Shown here: in pieces, positions 18,280 to 27,487 of the stretch
Layout of the letters: each line of letters opens with the position of its first letter
Position numbering within the stretch: the first letter of the stretch is position 1
NCBI GenBank assembly: GCA_964573305.1
Contig: CAZNJG010000024.1
Span: 81 to 64,080 of the forward strand
Direction: 5' to 3'
Length of the DNA stretch: 64,000 bases
From: an uncultured Opitutaceae bacterium
GTDB taxonomy: Bacteria; Verrucomicrobiota; Verrucomicrobiia; Opitutales; Opitutaceae
The notes under the pieces: generated by a model
Seen by the model: only the letters and a program-made list of their open reading frames with translations
What the model was told of the DNA's origin: nothing
Databases searched by the model: none
Made by a program: the position numbers and the translations under genes

Positions 18280-18411
18280 GATGGAAACGCAAACGCTGCG
18301 CCTCGCGCGCCGAAGCGCCAACGGAAAAATAGTTCTGACCGTGTGAGTTTAACTGGTTTTCCCCTTGTGGACCCGCACGCTGGGCCGCTTCGTCTTTTCC
18401 TCTTTCCCGTC

Positions 18412-19848
18412 ATGTCCTCCACCACCTTCTGCGCAGCCGTCGATCTCGGAGCCACTAGCGGCCGCGTCATCCTCGGCGCCTGGTCGAAAAACAAACTCAC
18501 GCTCACCGAAGCGCATCGTTTCCCCAATGCCTTCCGCTCGCTCGGCGCGCATGACTACTGGGATGTCGGCGGTCTCTGGCACGAGATCCAGACCGGCTTG
18601 CGCAAGGCCGTCGCGCTGCTTCCGCGCGGCGCCAAACTCGCCTCCGTCGGCGTGGACACCTGGGGCGTGGACTACGCGCTCGTCAACGACGCCGGGCGTC
18701 TCGTTTTCCCGGTGCATGCTTATCGCGACGCGCGCACCCAGCCGGGCTTGAAAAAACTCGGCGATACCCGCGCCGCGCTCGAACGCGTTTACGCGGCCAC
18801 TGGCATTCCGAATGTTTTCTACAACTCCAGCCTGCAACTCGCGGAAGTCGTCGCCAACTGCCCTGCCGTCGAAGACCTCGCCACGCGCTGTCTTTTCCTG
18901 CCCGATTATTTCAATTTCCTGCTCTCCGGGCGCATGGCCAACGAGCTCACCATCGCGAGCACCACGCAGTTGCTCGATGTCCACTCGACCGATTGGTCGC
19001 GCGCCACGCTCGATCATTTCCACCTCCCCGCGCAGTGGTTCAGCAAACCCGTGCTCGCCGGCACCAAACTCGGCACGGTCACCAGCCTGCCCGAGCTCAA
19101 GGGCGTGAAAGTCATCGTCGTCCCCGGCCACGACACCGCCGCGGCTTACGACGCCATGCCCGCAGCTGAGGATGGCTCGGATCTTTTCCTCAGCTCCGGC
19201 ACGTGGTCACTCGTCGGCTTCGAAAGCGACACACCCGTCCTCGGCGCCGAAGCCCTCGCCAACCGCGTCGCCAACGAACGCATCGGCGATGGTCGCTACC
19301 GCCCGCTCAAAAACGTCATCGGTCTCTGGCTGCTTGAAGGCGTCATGAAGTCCTTCGCCGATCGTCCGAAAAACGACAAGGAATGGGCCGCGCTCATCAC
19401 CGCCGCGGAAAAACTTCCCGCACCCAAGACTCTCCTCGACACCAGCGATCCGTCCTTCGCCAACCCGCCGTCGATGAAGGCCGCGATCGATGCGCATCTC
19501 AAAAAACGTCGCGCCTCCGCGCCGAAAAATCTGCCCGCTTACGTCCGCCTCATTTGCGACTCGCTCGGACAGAGCCACGCCGAAGCCAAAGCCGCGTTCG
19601 AGCACATGACGGGGCGCACTTTTAAGCGCATCCTCATGGTCGGCGGAGGTTCCAAAAACCGACTCCTCTGCCAGGCCACCGCCGACGCCGCGGGCGTGCC
19701 GGTGATTTCCTTCAGCCTCGAAGGCACCGCGGTCGGCAACCTCGCGAGCCAGCTCATCTCGCTGCGCGCCGTGAAAGACCTAAAAACCTTCCGCGGCCTC
19801 CTCGGCGCCACGCTCAAGCAGACGACCTACAAACCCGCGAAACGCTGA
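18412..19848 (+). CDS. rhaB: Rhamnulokinase (FGGY carbohydrate kinase family)
   Basis: The N-terminus FCAAVDLGATSGRVILGAW...LTEAHRFPN...YWDVGGLWHEIQTGL parallels E. coli RhaB (CVAVDLGASSGRVMLA...IHRFNN...TWDVDSL). The start at 18412 was chosen; the upstream 284 codons of ORF 17560 are antisense to lutA. Confidence 0.8.
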   Translation: MSSTTFCAAVDLGATSGRVILGAWSKNKLTLTEAHRFPNAFRSLGAHDYWDVGGLWHEIQTGLRKAVALLPRGAKLASVGVDTWGVDYALVNDAGRLVFPVHAYRDARTQPGLKKLGDTRAALERVYAATGIPNVFYNSSLQLAEVVANCPAVEDLATRCLFLPDYFNFLLSGRMANELTIASTTQLLDVHSTDWSRATLDHFHLPAQWFSKPVLAGTKLGTVTSLPELKGVKVIVVPGHDTAAAYDAMPAAEDGSDLFLSSGTWSLVGFESDTPVLGAEALANRVANERIGDGRYRPLKNVIGLWLLEGVMKSFADRPKNDKEWAALITAAEKLPAPKTLLDTSDPSFANPPSMKAAIDAHLKKRRASAPKNLPAYVRLICDSLGQSHAEAKAAFEHMTGRTFKRILMVGGGSKNRLLCQATADAAGVPVISFSLEGTAVGNLASQLISLRAVKDLKTFRGLLGATLKQTTYKPAKR

Positions 19849-19919
19849 GCGGCTGCGCGCTCGTCGGGGAGCTCTCTTTTATATAGGTCCTACTGGTCTC
19901 GAAAAACCCCATAGGACCT

Positions 19920-21059
19920 ATGGTCTCTCTCCCCCGCCCCATGCGCCGCTTGGTTCTCGCTCTTCTCTGTCTGCTCGCGCTGCCGCTCTTCGCTTCGCTT
20001 GACGAAGGCGAACTCGAAACCGGCGCGAAATTCACCATCGCCCGCCCCGCGCAATGGAACGGCGGGCTGCTCCTCATCGCGCACGGTTTCCGCGCCGAAT
20101 CCGCACCGCTTGTCGCCGATCTCAACCCCGACCACCTCGCCTACCGCACTCTTCGCGACGAGGGCTGGATGATCGCCAAAACGAGTTACCGCCGCAACGG
20201 CATCATCATCGCCGATGCTGTCGCCGACATCGATCATCTCCGCGATCACATCGCGCGCACGTACGGCGAACCGAAACGTGTGCTCGTCGAAGGTGATTCG
20301 CTCGGTGGGCTCGTCGCCACGCTCATCGCCGAACGCCCGCCCGGCGATCTGCCCCGCTATCATGGCTGCGTCGCCGTCGGCGCTTCACTCAGTACGCGCG
20401 AACCCGGCGGCACACTGGGACTCAACCTCGGCACGCAGCTCCCGCTCATTTTTCTCACCAATCGCTCCGAACTCACCGGGCCCAAAACCTACGTGAACCC
20501 GCTCACGCCTTTGCCGCCTGAGCACCGCGCCATTCAACCCGTGTTGTTCCGCGTCGCTCGCGATGGTCACGTGAATGTGAATCAACACGAGCGCCTCACG
20601 GCTTTGCGCGCGCTCAACGCCTGGCTCGATCGCGGCCGCGACGCCCTGCCGAAACCCGCCGGTGGCGCCGAGTTCTTCGACGTCACCCACGAGCCCGAAC
20701 CGCAACCCTCCCTCGTCGTCTTCGACGCCGACCGCCGCGGCTTCACCACGCGCGTCACCGAGATCACCGCCGTTTACGGCAACGTCGCCATCGATGCCCA
20801 GCCCGCCGATTTCGCCTCCGCCGGCATCGCCCCCAACGCCTGGTTCCAACTCACCGTCCGCGACGACGAGCCACGCCGGGTCCTCTACGGCCGTGGTTTC
20901 TCCGCCGTCAAACGCGGCGAATGGGTCGCCTTCCCCAACGCCGACGGTTTCTTCTGGCTCGCCCGCAACCACGAAAACGCCGCCGAAACCGCCGCCCTCA
21001 AGGTCGGCGACGAAATCCGCCTCCGCTCCTACGACAAAACCCCGCCCGCCTCCCCGTAG
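19920..21059 (+). CDS. Secreted alpha/beta hydrolase fused to a C-terminal beta-domain resembling the SAM hydrolase/halogenase (DUF62) C-terminal domain
   Basis: Signal peptide MRRLVLALLCLLALPLFA and nucleophile elbow GDSLGG. In the C-terminal segment, YGNVAIDAQ...FQLTV...YGRGFSAVKRGEWVAFPNADGFFWLARNHENAAETAALKVGDEIRL follows the DUF62 C-terminal consensus pattern as I recall it. Confidence 0.65.
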   Translation: MVSLPRPMRRLVLALLCLLALPLFASLDEGELETGAKFTIARPAQWNGGLLLIAHGFRAESAPLVADLNPDHLAYRTLRDEGWMIAKTSYRRNGIIIADAVADIDHLRDHIARTYGEPKRVLVEGDSLGGLVATLIAERPPGDLPRYHGCVAVGASLSTREPGGTLGLNLGTQLPLIFLTNRSELTGPKTYVNPLTPLPPEHRAIQPVLFRVARDGHVNVNQHERLTALRALNAWLDRGRDALPKPAGGAEFFDVTHEPEPQPSLVVFDADRRGFTTRVTEITAVYGNVAIDAQPADFASAGIAPNAWFQLTVRDDEPRRVLYGRGFSAVKRGEWVAFPNADGFFWLARNHENAAETAALKVGDEIRLRSYDKTPPASP

Positions 21060-21093
21060 GGCGCGAGTTCACTCGCCCCGATTCACCGCCCGA

Positions 21094-21120
21094 GGTGGAG
21101 CGCGCCGTCCCGGGCGCGCT
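21094..21120. repeat. REP hairpin, GGTGGA(A/G)C(G/A)CGCCGTCCCGG family, copy 3
   Basis: ggtggagcgcgccgtcccgggcgcgct with stem agcgcgcc/ggcgcgct. The other copies lie at 8212-8237 and 9654-9679. Confidence 0.75.
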
Positions 21121-21484
21121 GTTCACCTCCACTAACGTTATAGCCGTTCATCCGCACCGTGGGATGTGAGCCTTCCGTCCCGCCGGACACGGTTCGACCG
21201 GCCACGGTCTAATTTTAACCGCTGTAGCCTTCTCAAAAAGTCATGGTCGCACGGTGGAGGGCCGGCCTCCGTGCCGGCCGCGGACGACACGAAGGTCGCC
21301 CCTCCAGCAACGCCATAACTCTATTTGAACCGCCCTGGCGCGCGCCCCCTCCCATCGGCCGGCACAGACGATCCGCCGGAACTCCACACTCCAGTTCAGC
21401 CCCGGCCAAAACCCCTCAGCCGTTTCACCTTGGGGATCAAATGCCATGAAATAGTACGACCGTTCCTTTTTACTCGCCAACTAT

Positions 21485-21500
21485 AAGAACGTTCGTTCTT
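21485..21500. promoter_or_regulatory. Perfect palindrome AAGAACG-TT-CGTTCTT just upstream of the MBL/TetR operon: candidate TetR operator
   Basis: aagaacgttcgttctt ends 10 nt before the ATG at 21511. A TetR-family gene is the second gene of the operon. Confidence 0.45.
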
Positions 21501-21510
21501 TTACCTCGGC

Positions 21511-22269
21511 ATGAGCACTCACGTCACCAAACTCTCCTGGGCTGGCATCCGCCTCGCCGCCCCCTCCGGCGAACAACTCGTCATCGACGGACTCGAAGGC
21601 CGCAACGGCGAGGTCCAGGGCCGCCTCGGCGTCAACCGCAAGCCATTGATCGATCTCGCCGACCGCCCCATCGACCTCGCCCTCGTCACGCACACACACA
21701 AGGACCATTTCGACGCCGATGCCCTGCACCGCCGCCTCACCTCCGCCAAACGCGTCCTCGTTCCCGCCGAATCCGCCGCCGAAGTCCGCGCCGCCGGCTT
21801 CGACCCCATTCCCCTCGCCCCCTTCGCAAAAACCACCGCCGGCGCTTTCATCATCACCGCCCTCCCCGCCGTCGATGGCTTCGGCGCGCCCCAAGTCGCC
21901 TGGCTCGTCGAAACCGCCGGCCTCCGCATCCTCCACCTCGGCGACACGCTCTTCCACGGCTTCTGGTGGCAGATCGCGAAACACGCCGGTCCGGTCGATA
22001 TCGCATTCCTTCCCATCAACGGCGCCCGCATCGCCATCCCCGGCCTCCCCGCCACCGGACTCCCCGGCGTCATGACCGCGGAGCAAGCCGTCGTCGCCGC
22101 CCGGCTCCTCCAGGCGAAGCTTGCCGTGCCCATCCACTACGAGGAGTTTCACGCCCCGCCCGTTTACAACGCCGACCTCCATGCCGAAGCCCACTTCCTC
22201 GAGCACGCCCGCGCGCAAAACGTCCCCGCGCGCGTCGTCGCGCCCGGCGAAACAGTCCTCGCCGTCTGA
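21511..22269 (+). CDS. MBL-fold metallo-hydrolase
   Basis: Zn-binding motif LVTHTHKDHFD (HxHxDH) and a downstream ILHLGDT. Confidence 0.8.
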   Translation: MSTHVTKLSWAGIRLAAPSGEQLVIDGLEGRNGEVQGRLGVNRKPLIDLADRPIDLALVTHTHKDHFDADALHRRLTSAKRVLVPAESAAEVRAAGFDPIPLAPFAKTTAGAFIITALPAVDGFGAPQVAWLVETAGLRILHLGDTLFHGFWWQIAKHAGPVDIAFLPINGARIAIPGLPATGLPGVMTAEQAVVAARLLQAKLAVPIHYEEFHAPPVYNADLHAEAHFLEHARAQNVPARVVAPGETVLAV

Positions 22270-22900
22270 TTCGTCGGGGAAAAACGGATACAATTCCGAC
22301 GGCCGTCGCGCGCGCGGTGACCACACACGCGCGCGCATCATCGACGCCGCGCTTCAAATCGCGTCCATCCACGGGCTCGACGGCGTCACCATTGGCCCCG
22401 TCGCCGCAGCCGCCGATGTCTCCAAAGGCCACCTCGCGCTCCTCGTCGGCAGCCGCGAACAACTCCAACTCGCCACGCTCGAGGCCGCCGTCGCGCTCTT
22501 TCGCGAACGCGTCATATTTCCCGCCGAAGCCGCCGCCACTCCCGCGGCCACCCTGCGCCAGATCTGTCTCGGCTGGTTCGACTACGTCCGTGACCGCGTG
22601 CTTCCCGGCGGCTGCCTCGTCACCGCCGTCACGAGCGAGTTCCGCTCAATCAACGGCCCCGTCCGCGACCGCGTGATCGAACTCCGCACGCTCGAACGCA
22701 CTTTCCTCCGCGACCTCATCGCCCGCGCCCGCTCCGAAGCAAAACTCCGCGCGCTCTCGCCCGCGCAACTCGACCGCACCCTCTTCCATCTTTCCGCCTA
22801 CCGCGCCGCCGCCAACGTCGCCTTCGCCCTCGACGCGACCGACGATTTCGCCCTCGCCCAAAAATCCACCCGCGAGCTCCTCAGCGAGCTTCTCTCATAG
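22181..22900 (+). CDS. TetR/AcrR family transcriptional regulator (start uncertain)
   Basis: HTH region RARIIDAALQIASIHGLDGVTIGPVAAAADVSKGHLALLVGSREQL. No ATG, GTG or TTG occurs in frame between 22184 and the HTH, so ATG 22181 is the nearest start. That start overlaps the MBL gene by 89 nt. Confidence 0.7.
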   Translation: MPKPTSSSTPARKTSPRASSRPAKQSSPSDSSGKNGYNSDGRRARGDHTRARIIDAALQIASIHGLDGVTIGPVAAAADVSKGHLALLVGSREQLQLATLEAAVALFRERVIFPAEAAATPAATLRQICLGWFDYVRDRVLPGGCLVTAVTSEFRSINGPVRDRVIELRTLERTFLRDLIARARSEAKLRALSPAQLDRTLFHLSAYRAAANVAFALDATDDFALAQKSTRELLSELLS

Positions 22901-23030
22901 ATCCTCTGTAGGAGCGGCTTTACGCCGCGATCCCCAACCTCATCTACTCACAGGACACGATCTCGCTCCCGCCCCCGATCACGCCCTCAAGCCACGGAAC
23001 CAGATCGCAAACCCGCCCGCCAGGTCTGCA

Positions 23031-23060
23031 ATCCTGTTCCTCCTGTTAATCCTGTCCAAA
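23031..23060. repeat. Copy of the CCTGTTAATCCTGTC repeat family
   Basis: atcctgttcctcctgttaatcctgtccaaa. Confidence 0.7.
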
Positions 23061-23074
23061 AATCCTCCCGCGCC

Positions 23075-23677
23075 TCACACCACCCGGCTCGGCACACGCA
23101 CAACCGTCATGCCCGCAGCAGTCGCCGCGCGGATGCCCGGTTCGGCGTCTTCAAACGCGAGGCATTTTTTCGGATCCACGCCGATGCGTTGCGCCGCGAG
23201 CACAAACATATCCGGCTCGGGTTTGCCGCGGCCCGGCGGCACGTCATTGGGCGTGATGACCACCTTGAAAATATCATCCAGCCCCGCCGCCTTGAGCGCC
23301 GGCAGAGCGATTTCCGGCTGGCCACCGGTCGCGATGGCAACCGGTTTCGTTTTCGCGACCTCACGCGCAAACGCCGCCACCGGCTCGATCACTTTCACCT
23401 GCGCGATTTTTTCCAAGTAGAGCAGTTCTTTTCCGTGTGCCACGACATCGGCATTGAGCGAGGGCAGCTTGTAATGCTGGCCGAAAATCTCCGCCACGCG
23501 CCGCGTGGGTACGCCGCCCAACGAATAAAACAAATCCTCGTCGAGCTGTCCCGGAATGCCCGCTTTCCGCATGGCTTCATCCCACGCCAGGAAGTGGAGC
23601 GGCATGGTGTCCACGAGCGTGCCATCGAGATCGAAAATGTAGCCGGCGAAATCGCCTGAAGGAATATCAAGTTGCAT
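23075..23677 (-). CDS. HAD-superfamily hydrolase (beta-phosphoglucomutase-like subfamily IA)
   Basis: Motif I is YIFDLDGTLVDT; later motifs are ATGG, GRGKPEPDMF and AFEDAEPGIRAA. The start MQLDIPSG is at 23677. The 769-aa ORF extension is antisense to the kinase gene. Confidence 0.85.
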   Translation of the reverse strand: MQLDIPSGDFAGYIFDLDGTLVDTMPLHFLAWDEAMRKAGIPGQLDEDLFYSLGGVPTRRVAEIFGQHYKLPSLNADVVAHGKELLYLEKIAQVKVIEPVAAFAREVAKTKPVAIATGGQPEIALPALKAAGLDDIFKVVITPNDVPPGRGKPEPDMFVLAAQRIGVDPKKCLAFEDAEPGIRAATAAGMTVVRVPSRVV

Positions 23678-23776
23678 AGGAAGCGACCATCTCACGCCGC
23701 TTTCGCCGCGCTGGCAACCCCGGTGGTCCGAAGCGCCTCCTGCCATACCGATTGAACGATTCGGACCGCGGCGAGG

Positions 23777-26692
23777 TTGCCCCGGCTGACGCAAGCTGCA
23801 TCGTGCCCCTCGCCCTTGTTCATCGCATCCCCGCTTCGCGTGTCCTCCTTCCGTCTTCTTCTGACCCGAACGTTTTTCTGCTTCGCGCTGTGCATTTTCC
23901 TGACCGCGCCGCTTGCACGGTCTCAGGCCGATGCGTTGTCGGAACGGCCGTTGATCGTCGGAGCAGCGAGCGATGCATTTCCCAATTCGTACGTGAATGG
24001 TCAGGCGGTCTGCGAAGGCTTCGCGGTCGATCTGCTCGACGCGGTCGCGCGTGTGATGGATCTGCGCATCGAGCGGGTCATCGCGCCCAACGCGGAGTTG
24101 CAGGCGCGCTTCGAAGCGGGCGAATTCGACCTGCTGCAAGCGTACACGCCCGGCCCCGGCCGCGAACGCATCGCGGATTTTTCCGCGCATTTCATGAGCC
24201 TGCAGGGAGCGGTTTTTGTACGGCGAGATGACGACCGCCTCCGGTCCCCCAGCGATCTCGCGCAAGCCCGCATATTGATCGTCGGCCGCGGGAGCATGGG
24301 CCAGAAATTTCTCGCGGATCACGGCATCACCCCGGCGACGCTCACCTACGCCAGCTCCGTGCGCGAAGCGCTTCATCTCATCGCCGCTGGCGAACACGAT
24401 GCGGTCTTCGCCTCGCGGCTCACCGCACTTTCCGTGGTCGAGCAGGACCAGCTGAAAAACATCCGCACGCTCGGGAAGCCGATCGACGGCTATGAGGTGC
24501 GCCACAGTTTCGCCGTGCATCCCGGCAATGCAGAATTGCTCGCACGCCTCAACGAGGGCCTCGCCATCCTGCACCGCACGGGAGAGTTCGACGCCATTTA
24601 TCGCAAATGGTACGGCCGGTTCGACGCGCCGTTGTTCACCCGCGAACAAGTGCTCACCTACGCCGCGATCATCTTCGCGGTGGTTTCGATCGGCGCGTTG
24701 TGGGGACTGCTTCATCAGCGGGCACTTCGCCGGCGTCTCGCCGCGAGCGCCGCCTCGCTCCAGCAAAAAGAAGCGCTGCTCGCCGAGGCGCAGCAAATCG
24801 CGCAGGTCGGCCATTGGAGTTACGACACCGCTTCGCGCTCCATCGACTGCTCCGCCGAAGCGTTGCGCATCCTCGAACAACCGGCGGCCGCGCGACTTTC
24901 CTATCCCCGGCTTCTGCTCCGTCTGCCGGCGTCGGAACGCTCCGCGGTTCACCGCGCGCTCCGGCAAAGCCTGCTCGTGGGAACGGGAAACGAATTCACC
25001 ACCACGCTTCTGCCGCCCGGCGGTGGCAAAAAAATCATCCACGCCACCGTTCGCACCGTGCGCGACGCCGACGGCCAGGTGCTCCGGCTGTTCGGTACGG
25101 TGCAGGATGTCACCCGCCTCATCACCGCCGAGGAAACACTCCGCGCGCGCGATCAGTTGCTGCGCGCGTTTTATGAAAACATTCCCAGCGGCATGGGCGT
25201 CGTCGAAACGGCCGGCGATTCGCTGCGTTTCGTCTCTGCCAATCCCGGCACCAATCGCTTGCTCGGACTCGACAACACCCCACTGGCCGGGCGACGGCTC
25301 GACGAACTCGGGCTGCCCGCGCCGGTCGTGGAGTTCTGGACGACGCTTTTCCACGATGCCAATCGCAGCGCGGAAAACCTGCACCTCGAACGCCAGCTCG
25401 CGTATTCATCGCGCCACTACAGCATCACCTTCGTGCCGCTCGGCGGCGGCAGCGCCGAGGCGCGTCCGCAGGTTTGTTACCTGATCGAGGACGTCACCGA
25501 GCGTAAACAGATCGATGCTGAGGTCGCGCAGACCCGACGCCTCCGCGCCGTGGGCGAACTCGTCGGCGGCATCGCGCACGAATTCAACAACCTGCTCACA
25601 CCCGTCCTCCTGAAAACCAGCCTGCTCGCCGACCAGATGCGCTCGCAACCGGCGCTGGTCGAAGAGCTGCGCGTCATCACCCGCGCCGCCCAGCGCGGTG
25701 CCGATCTCACCCGCCGCCTGCTCGCGTTCAGCCGCCGCTCGGAATCGAAGGACGAGCTCATCGACCTGCCCGCGTTGATAAAATCGAACTTCGACCTCGT
25801 GCGCACCACCATCGACCGGCGCATCGAGCTCATCGCGGATGTTCCCTCCGGCCTGCCTCCGCTCTTCCTCAACTCCACCGACCTTCATCAGGTTTTCCTC
25901 AACCTGGTGATCAATGCCCGCGACACCTTGATGGAGAAACTGGAGCAAGCGCCCGCCGCCGGCTGGCAGCCGCGCATCGTCGCCACCGCCGCTTATTTCG
26001 ACGGCGGGGCGCCGTCCACGCCGGGCGATCAGGGCCGCCGCATCCTCGGCTGGATCAATCTGACCGTGCAGGACAACGGTCTCGGCATGAGCCGCGAGGT
26101 GCAGGAGCGGATTTTTGAGCCGTTCTACACGACCAAGGGCATCGCCAAGGGCACCGGACTCGGCCTCGCCACCGTGTGGCATCTCGTGGGCCGCATGGGC
26201 GGAAAAATCACCGTGTCGTCGGTCGTCGGCGAAGGCAGCACTTTCCATGTGTGGCTGCCCGTCGCCCCCGCTCCGGGAAAGAGTGCCGCCGGCACGCCGG
26301 TGGACGCGGCGTCCGGCGTATCCAAAAACAGGATACTACTGGTGGAGGACGACGACCTTGTCGCGCAGACGCTGATCACCGCGCTGCGACGCCTCGGTCA
26401 CGAAGTCATGCACCTCAATCACGGCACGGAAGCGTGGCGCCATCTGTCCACTCATCCCCACTACGACATTGTGATGCTCGACCTCGATCTTCCCGGCATG
26501 AATGGCATCGAGATCGCCCGGCGCATGCGGGAGTCCCGCTTCGCAGGAAAAATCCTGATCGCCAGCGGACGTCTCGCGGAACACGAGCTCGGCGAACTGC
26601 GCGCGCTCAAGGTCGATCACATCCTCGAAAAACCGTTCACACCGCAAACACTCCAGTTCGCACTGCACGCCTGCCAGATGCATCGCGCGTAG
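23777..26692 (+). CDS. Hybrid sensor histidine kinase: periplasmic solute-binding (SBP_bac_3-like) domain, TM, two PAS-like regions, HisKA, HATPase_c, REC
   Basis: It has a signal/TM N-terminus and a family-3 SBP-like segment (LIVGAASDAFPNSY...GFAVDLLDAV). TM helix LTYAAIIFAVVSIGALWGLL and H-box VGGIAHEFNNLLTPV. The G-boxes are DNGLGM and GTGLGLATV, and the receiver is ILLVEDDDLV..LDLDLPGMNG. Confidence 0.88.
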   Translation: MPRLTQAASCPSPLFIASPLRVSSFRLLLTRTFFCFALCIFLTAPLARSQADALSERPLIVGAASDAFPNSYVNGQAVCEGFAVDLLDAVARVMDLRIERVIAPNAELQARFEAGEFDLLQAYTPGPGRERIADFSAHFMSLQGAVFVRRDDDRLRSPSDLAQARILIVGRGSMGQKFLADHGITPATLTYASSVREALHLIAAGEHDAVFASRLTALSVVEQDQLKNIRTLGKPIDGYEVRHSFAVHPGNAELLARLNEGLAILHRTGEFDAIYRKWYGRFDAPLFTREQVLTYAAIIFAVVSIGALWGLLHQRALRRRLAASAASLQQKEALLAEAQQIAQVGHWSYDTASRSIDCSAEALRILEQPAAARLSYPRLLLRLPASERSAVHRALRQSLLVGTGNEFTTTLLPPGGGKKIIHATVRTVRDADGQVLRLFGTVQDVTRLITAEETLRARDQLLRAFYENIPSGMGVVETAGDSLRFVSANPGTNRLLGLDNTPLAGRRLDELGLPAPVVEFWTTLFHDANRSAENLHLERQLAYSSRHYSITFVPLGGGSAEARPQVCYLIEDVTERKQIDAEVAQTRRLRAVGELVGGIAHEFNNLLTPVLLKTSLLADQMRSQPALVEELRVITRAAQRGADLTRRLLAFSRRSESKDELIDLPALIKSNFDLVRTTIDRRIELIADVPSGLPPLFLNSTDLHQVFLNLVINARDTLMEKLEQAPAAGWQPRIVATAAYFDGGAPSTPGDQGRRILGWINLTVQDNGLGMSREVQERIFEPFYTTKGIAKGTGLGLATVWHLVGRMGGKITVSSVVGEGSTFHVWLPVAPAPGKSAAGTPVDAASGVSKNRILLVEDDDLVAQTLITALRRLGHEVMHLNHGTEAWRHLSTHPHYDIVMLDLDLPGMNGIEIARRMRESRFAGKILIASGRLAEHELGELRALKVDHILEKPFTPQTLQFALHACQMHRA

Positions 26693-26879
26693 ATGTTAAG
26701 ACGGCACCGCGGAGGCCGCGGAGGGCGGATGTGAAACGAAAAGAAGAAGCGTCGTGGCGCGAGGAACGACGGCAACACGCACACAACCGTCGCGCGGTTT
26801 TTCGAGCCCGTTTTCCTTAACCACTTACGGTCACTGATACACACTGAGAGGAGGGCGGAACATCGGGAACGCCTCCCTA

Positions 26880-27320
26880 TCAACTCACGCTTCCTCCGCG
26901 TTCTCCGCGGTGAACTCCCCACGCGAGCGCCAAGGCTGCGATCGTCATCAGGAGCGCGCGCGCCAGGGCCACGCCCGGCGTGTTCCAAAATGCGTTTTTG
27001 CTTCCGCCAAAACAGCCGCAATCGATGTCCAGTCCACGCACGAGCGCCTGTCCGATCGCCACCACAAAACTCAGCGTGAGCGCAACGGTCAGCGGGCGCA
27101 CCGTCTCCGGCCAGAAATCGGCAAGCAGCGCCCCGCCGCATAAAATCTCCAACCACGGCAGCGTGACCGTCACCAGCCGCAGCGCGGTTTCCGGAAGCGG
27201 CAGTTCATAACCGAGCAACGCGCCGAAAAACGCCGTGGGCGCGGCCAGCTTCGCAATGCCGGCCCAGAGCAGCAGTCCGCCGACAAAGATCCGCAGCACG
27301 ATCGTTCCGCGTGTATTCAT
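26880..27320 (-). CDS. MauE/DoxX-family redox-associated membrane protein
   Basis: It has four hydrophobic segments and the hallmark DCGCFGG motif. The start MNTRGT at 27320 overlaps the stop of the upstream micro-ORF. Confidence 0.75.
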   Translation of the reverse strand: MNTRGTIVLRIFVGGLLLWAGIAKLAAPTAFFGALLGYELPLPETALRLVTVTLPWLEILCGGALLADFWPETVRPLTVALTLSFVVAIGQALVRGLDIDCGCFGGSKNAFWNTPGVALARALLMTIAALALAWGVHRGERGGSVS

Positions 27321-27487
27321 TTTCCGGGTACACTTTCGAAGACCGGCAGATCTTTTTTCGGGAAAAAAACGCGCTCCTTCCGCCACGCATCGGTGGCAAA
27401 TCCCAACGCGAGCGATGCCAGCAGAAACGCGAGCAAGCGCGCGAGGCGCCGGCCGTTGCGCGGCGTTTTCCCGACGGCTTCGTTCAT
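27317..27487 (-). CDS. Unlisted 56-aa micro-ORF with one TM helix (MNEAVGKTPRNGRRLARLLAFLLASLALGFATDAWRKERVFFPKKDLPVFESVPGK)
   Basis: I translated it by hand; it is below the ORF-track length cutoff. Its ATG (27487-27485) overlaps the dsbA-like stop as ATGA. Its TGA (27319-27317) overlaps the mauE-like ATG as ATGA, so it exactly fills the 164-nt gap. Confidence 0.55.
   Translation of the reverse strand: MNEAVGKTPRNGRRLARLLAFLLASLALGFATDAWRKERVFFPKKDLPVFESVPGK

Noticed and set aside
21241-21480. 79-aa minus-strand ORF (MASKKERSYYFMAFDPQGE...) divergent from the MBL gene.
   Set aside because: Most of it is read through REP-type GC-rich repeats (..RGRHGGRPST..). It has no motif and no coupling signals, so it is probably non-coding.
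22906-22935. ctgtaggagcggctttacgccgcgatcc and other short GC hairpins as individual features. Examples are 12441-12462 gcgcgacgcccccgtcgcgc, 26712-26735 ccgcggaggccgcgg, and 32844-32870.
   Set aside because: They look like generic REP-type intergenic hairpins. Only single copies occur in this window, so no family or function can be supported from this sequence alone.
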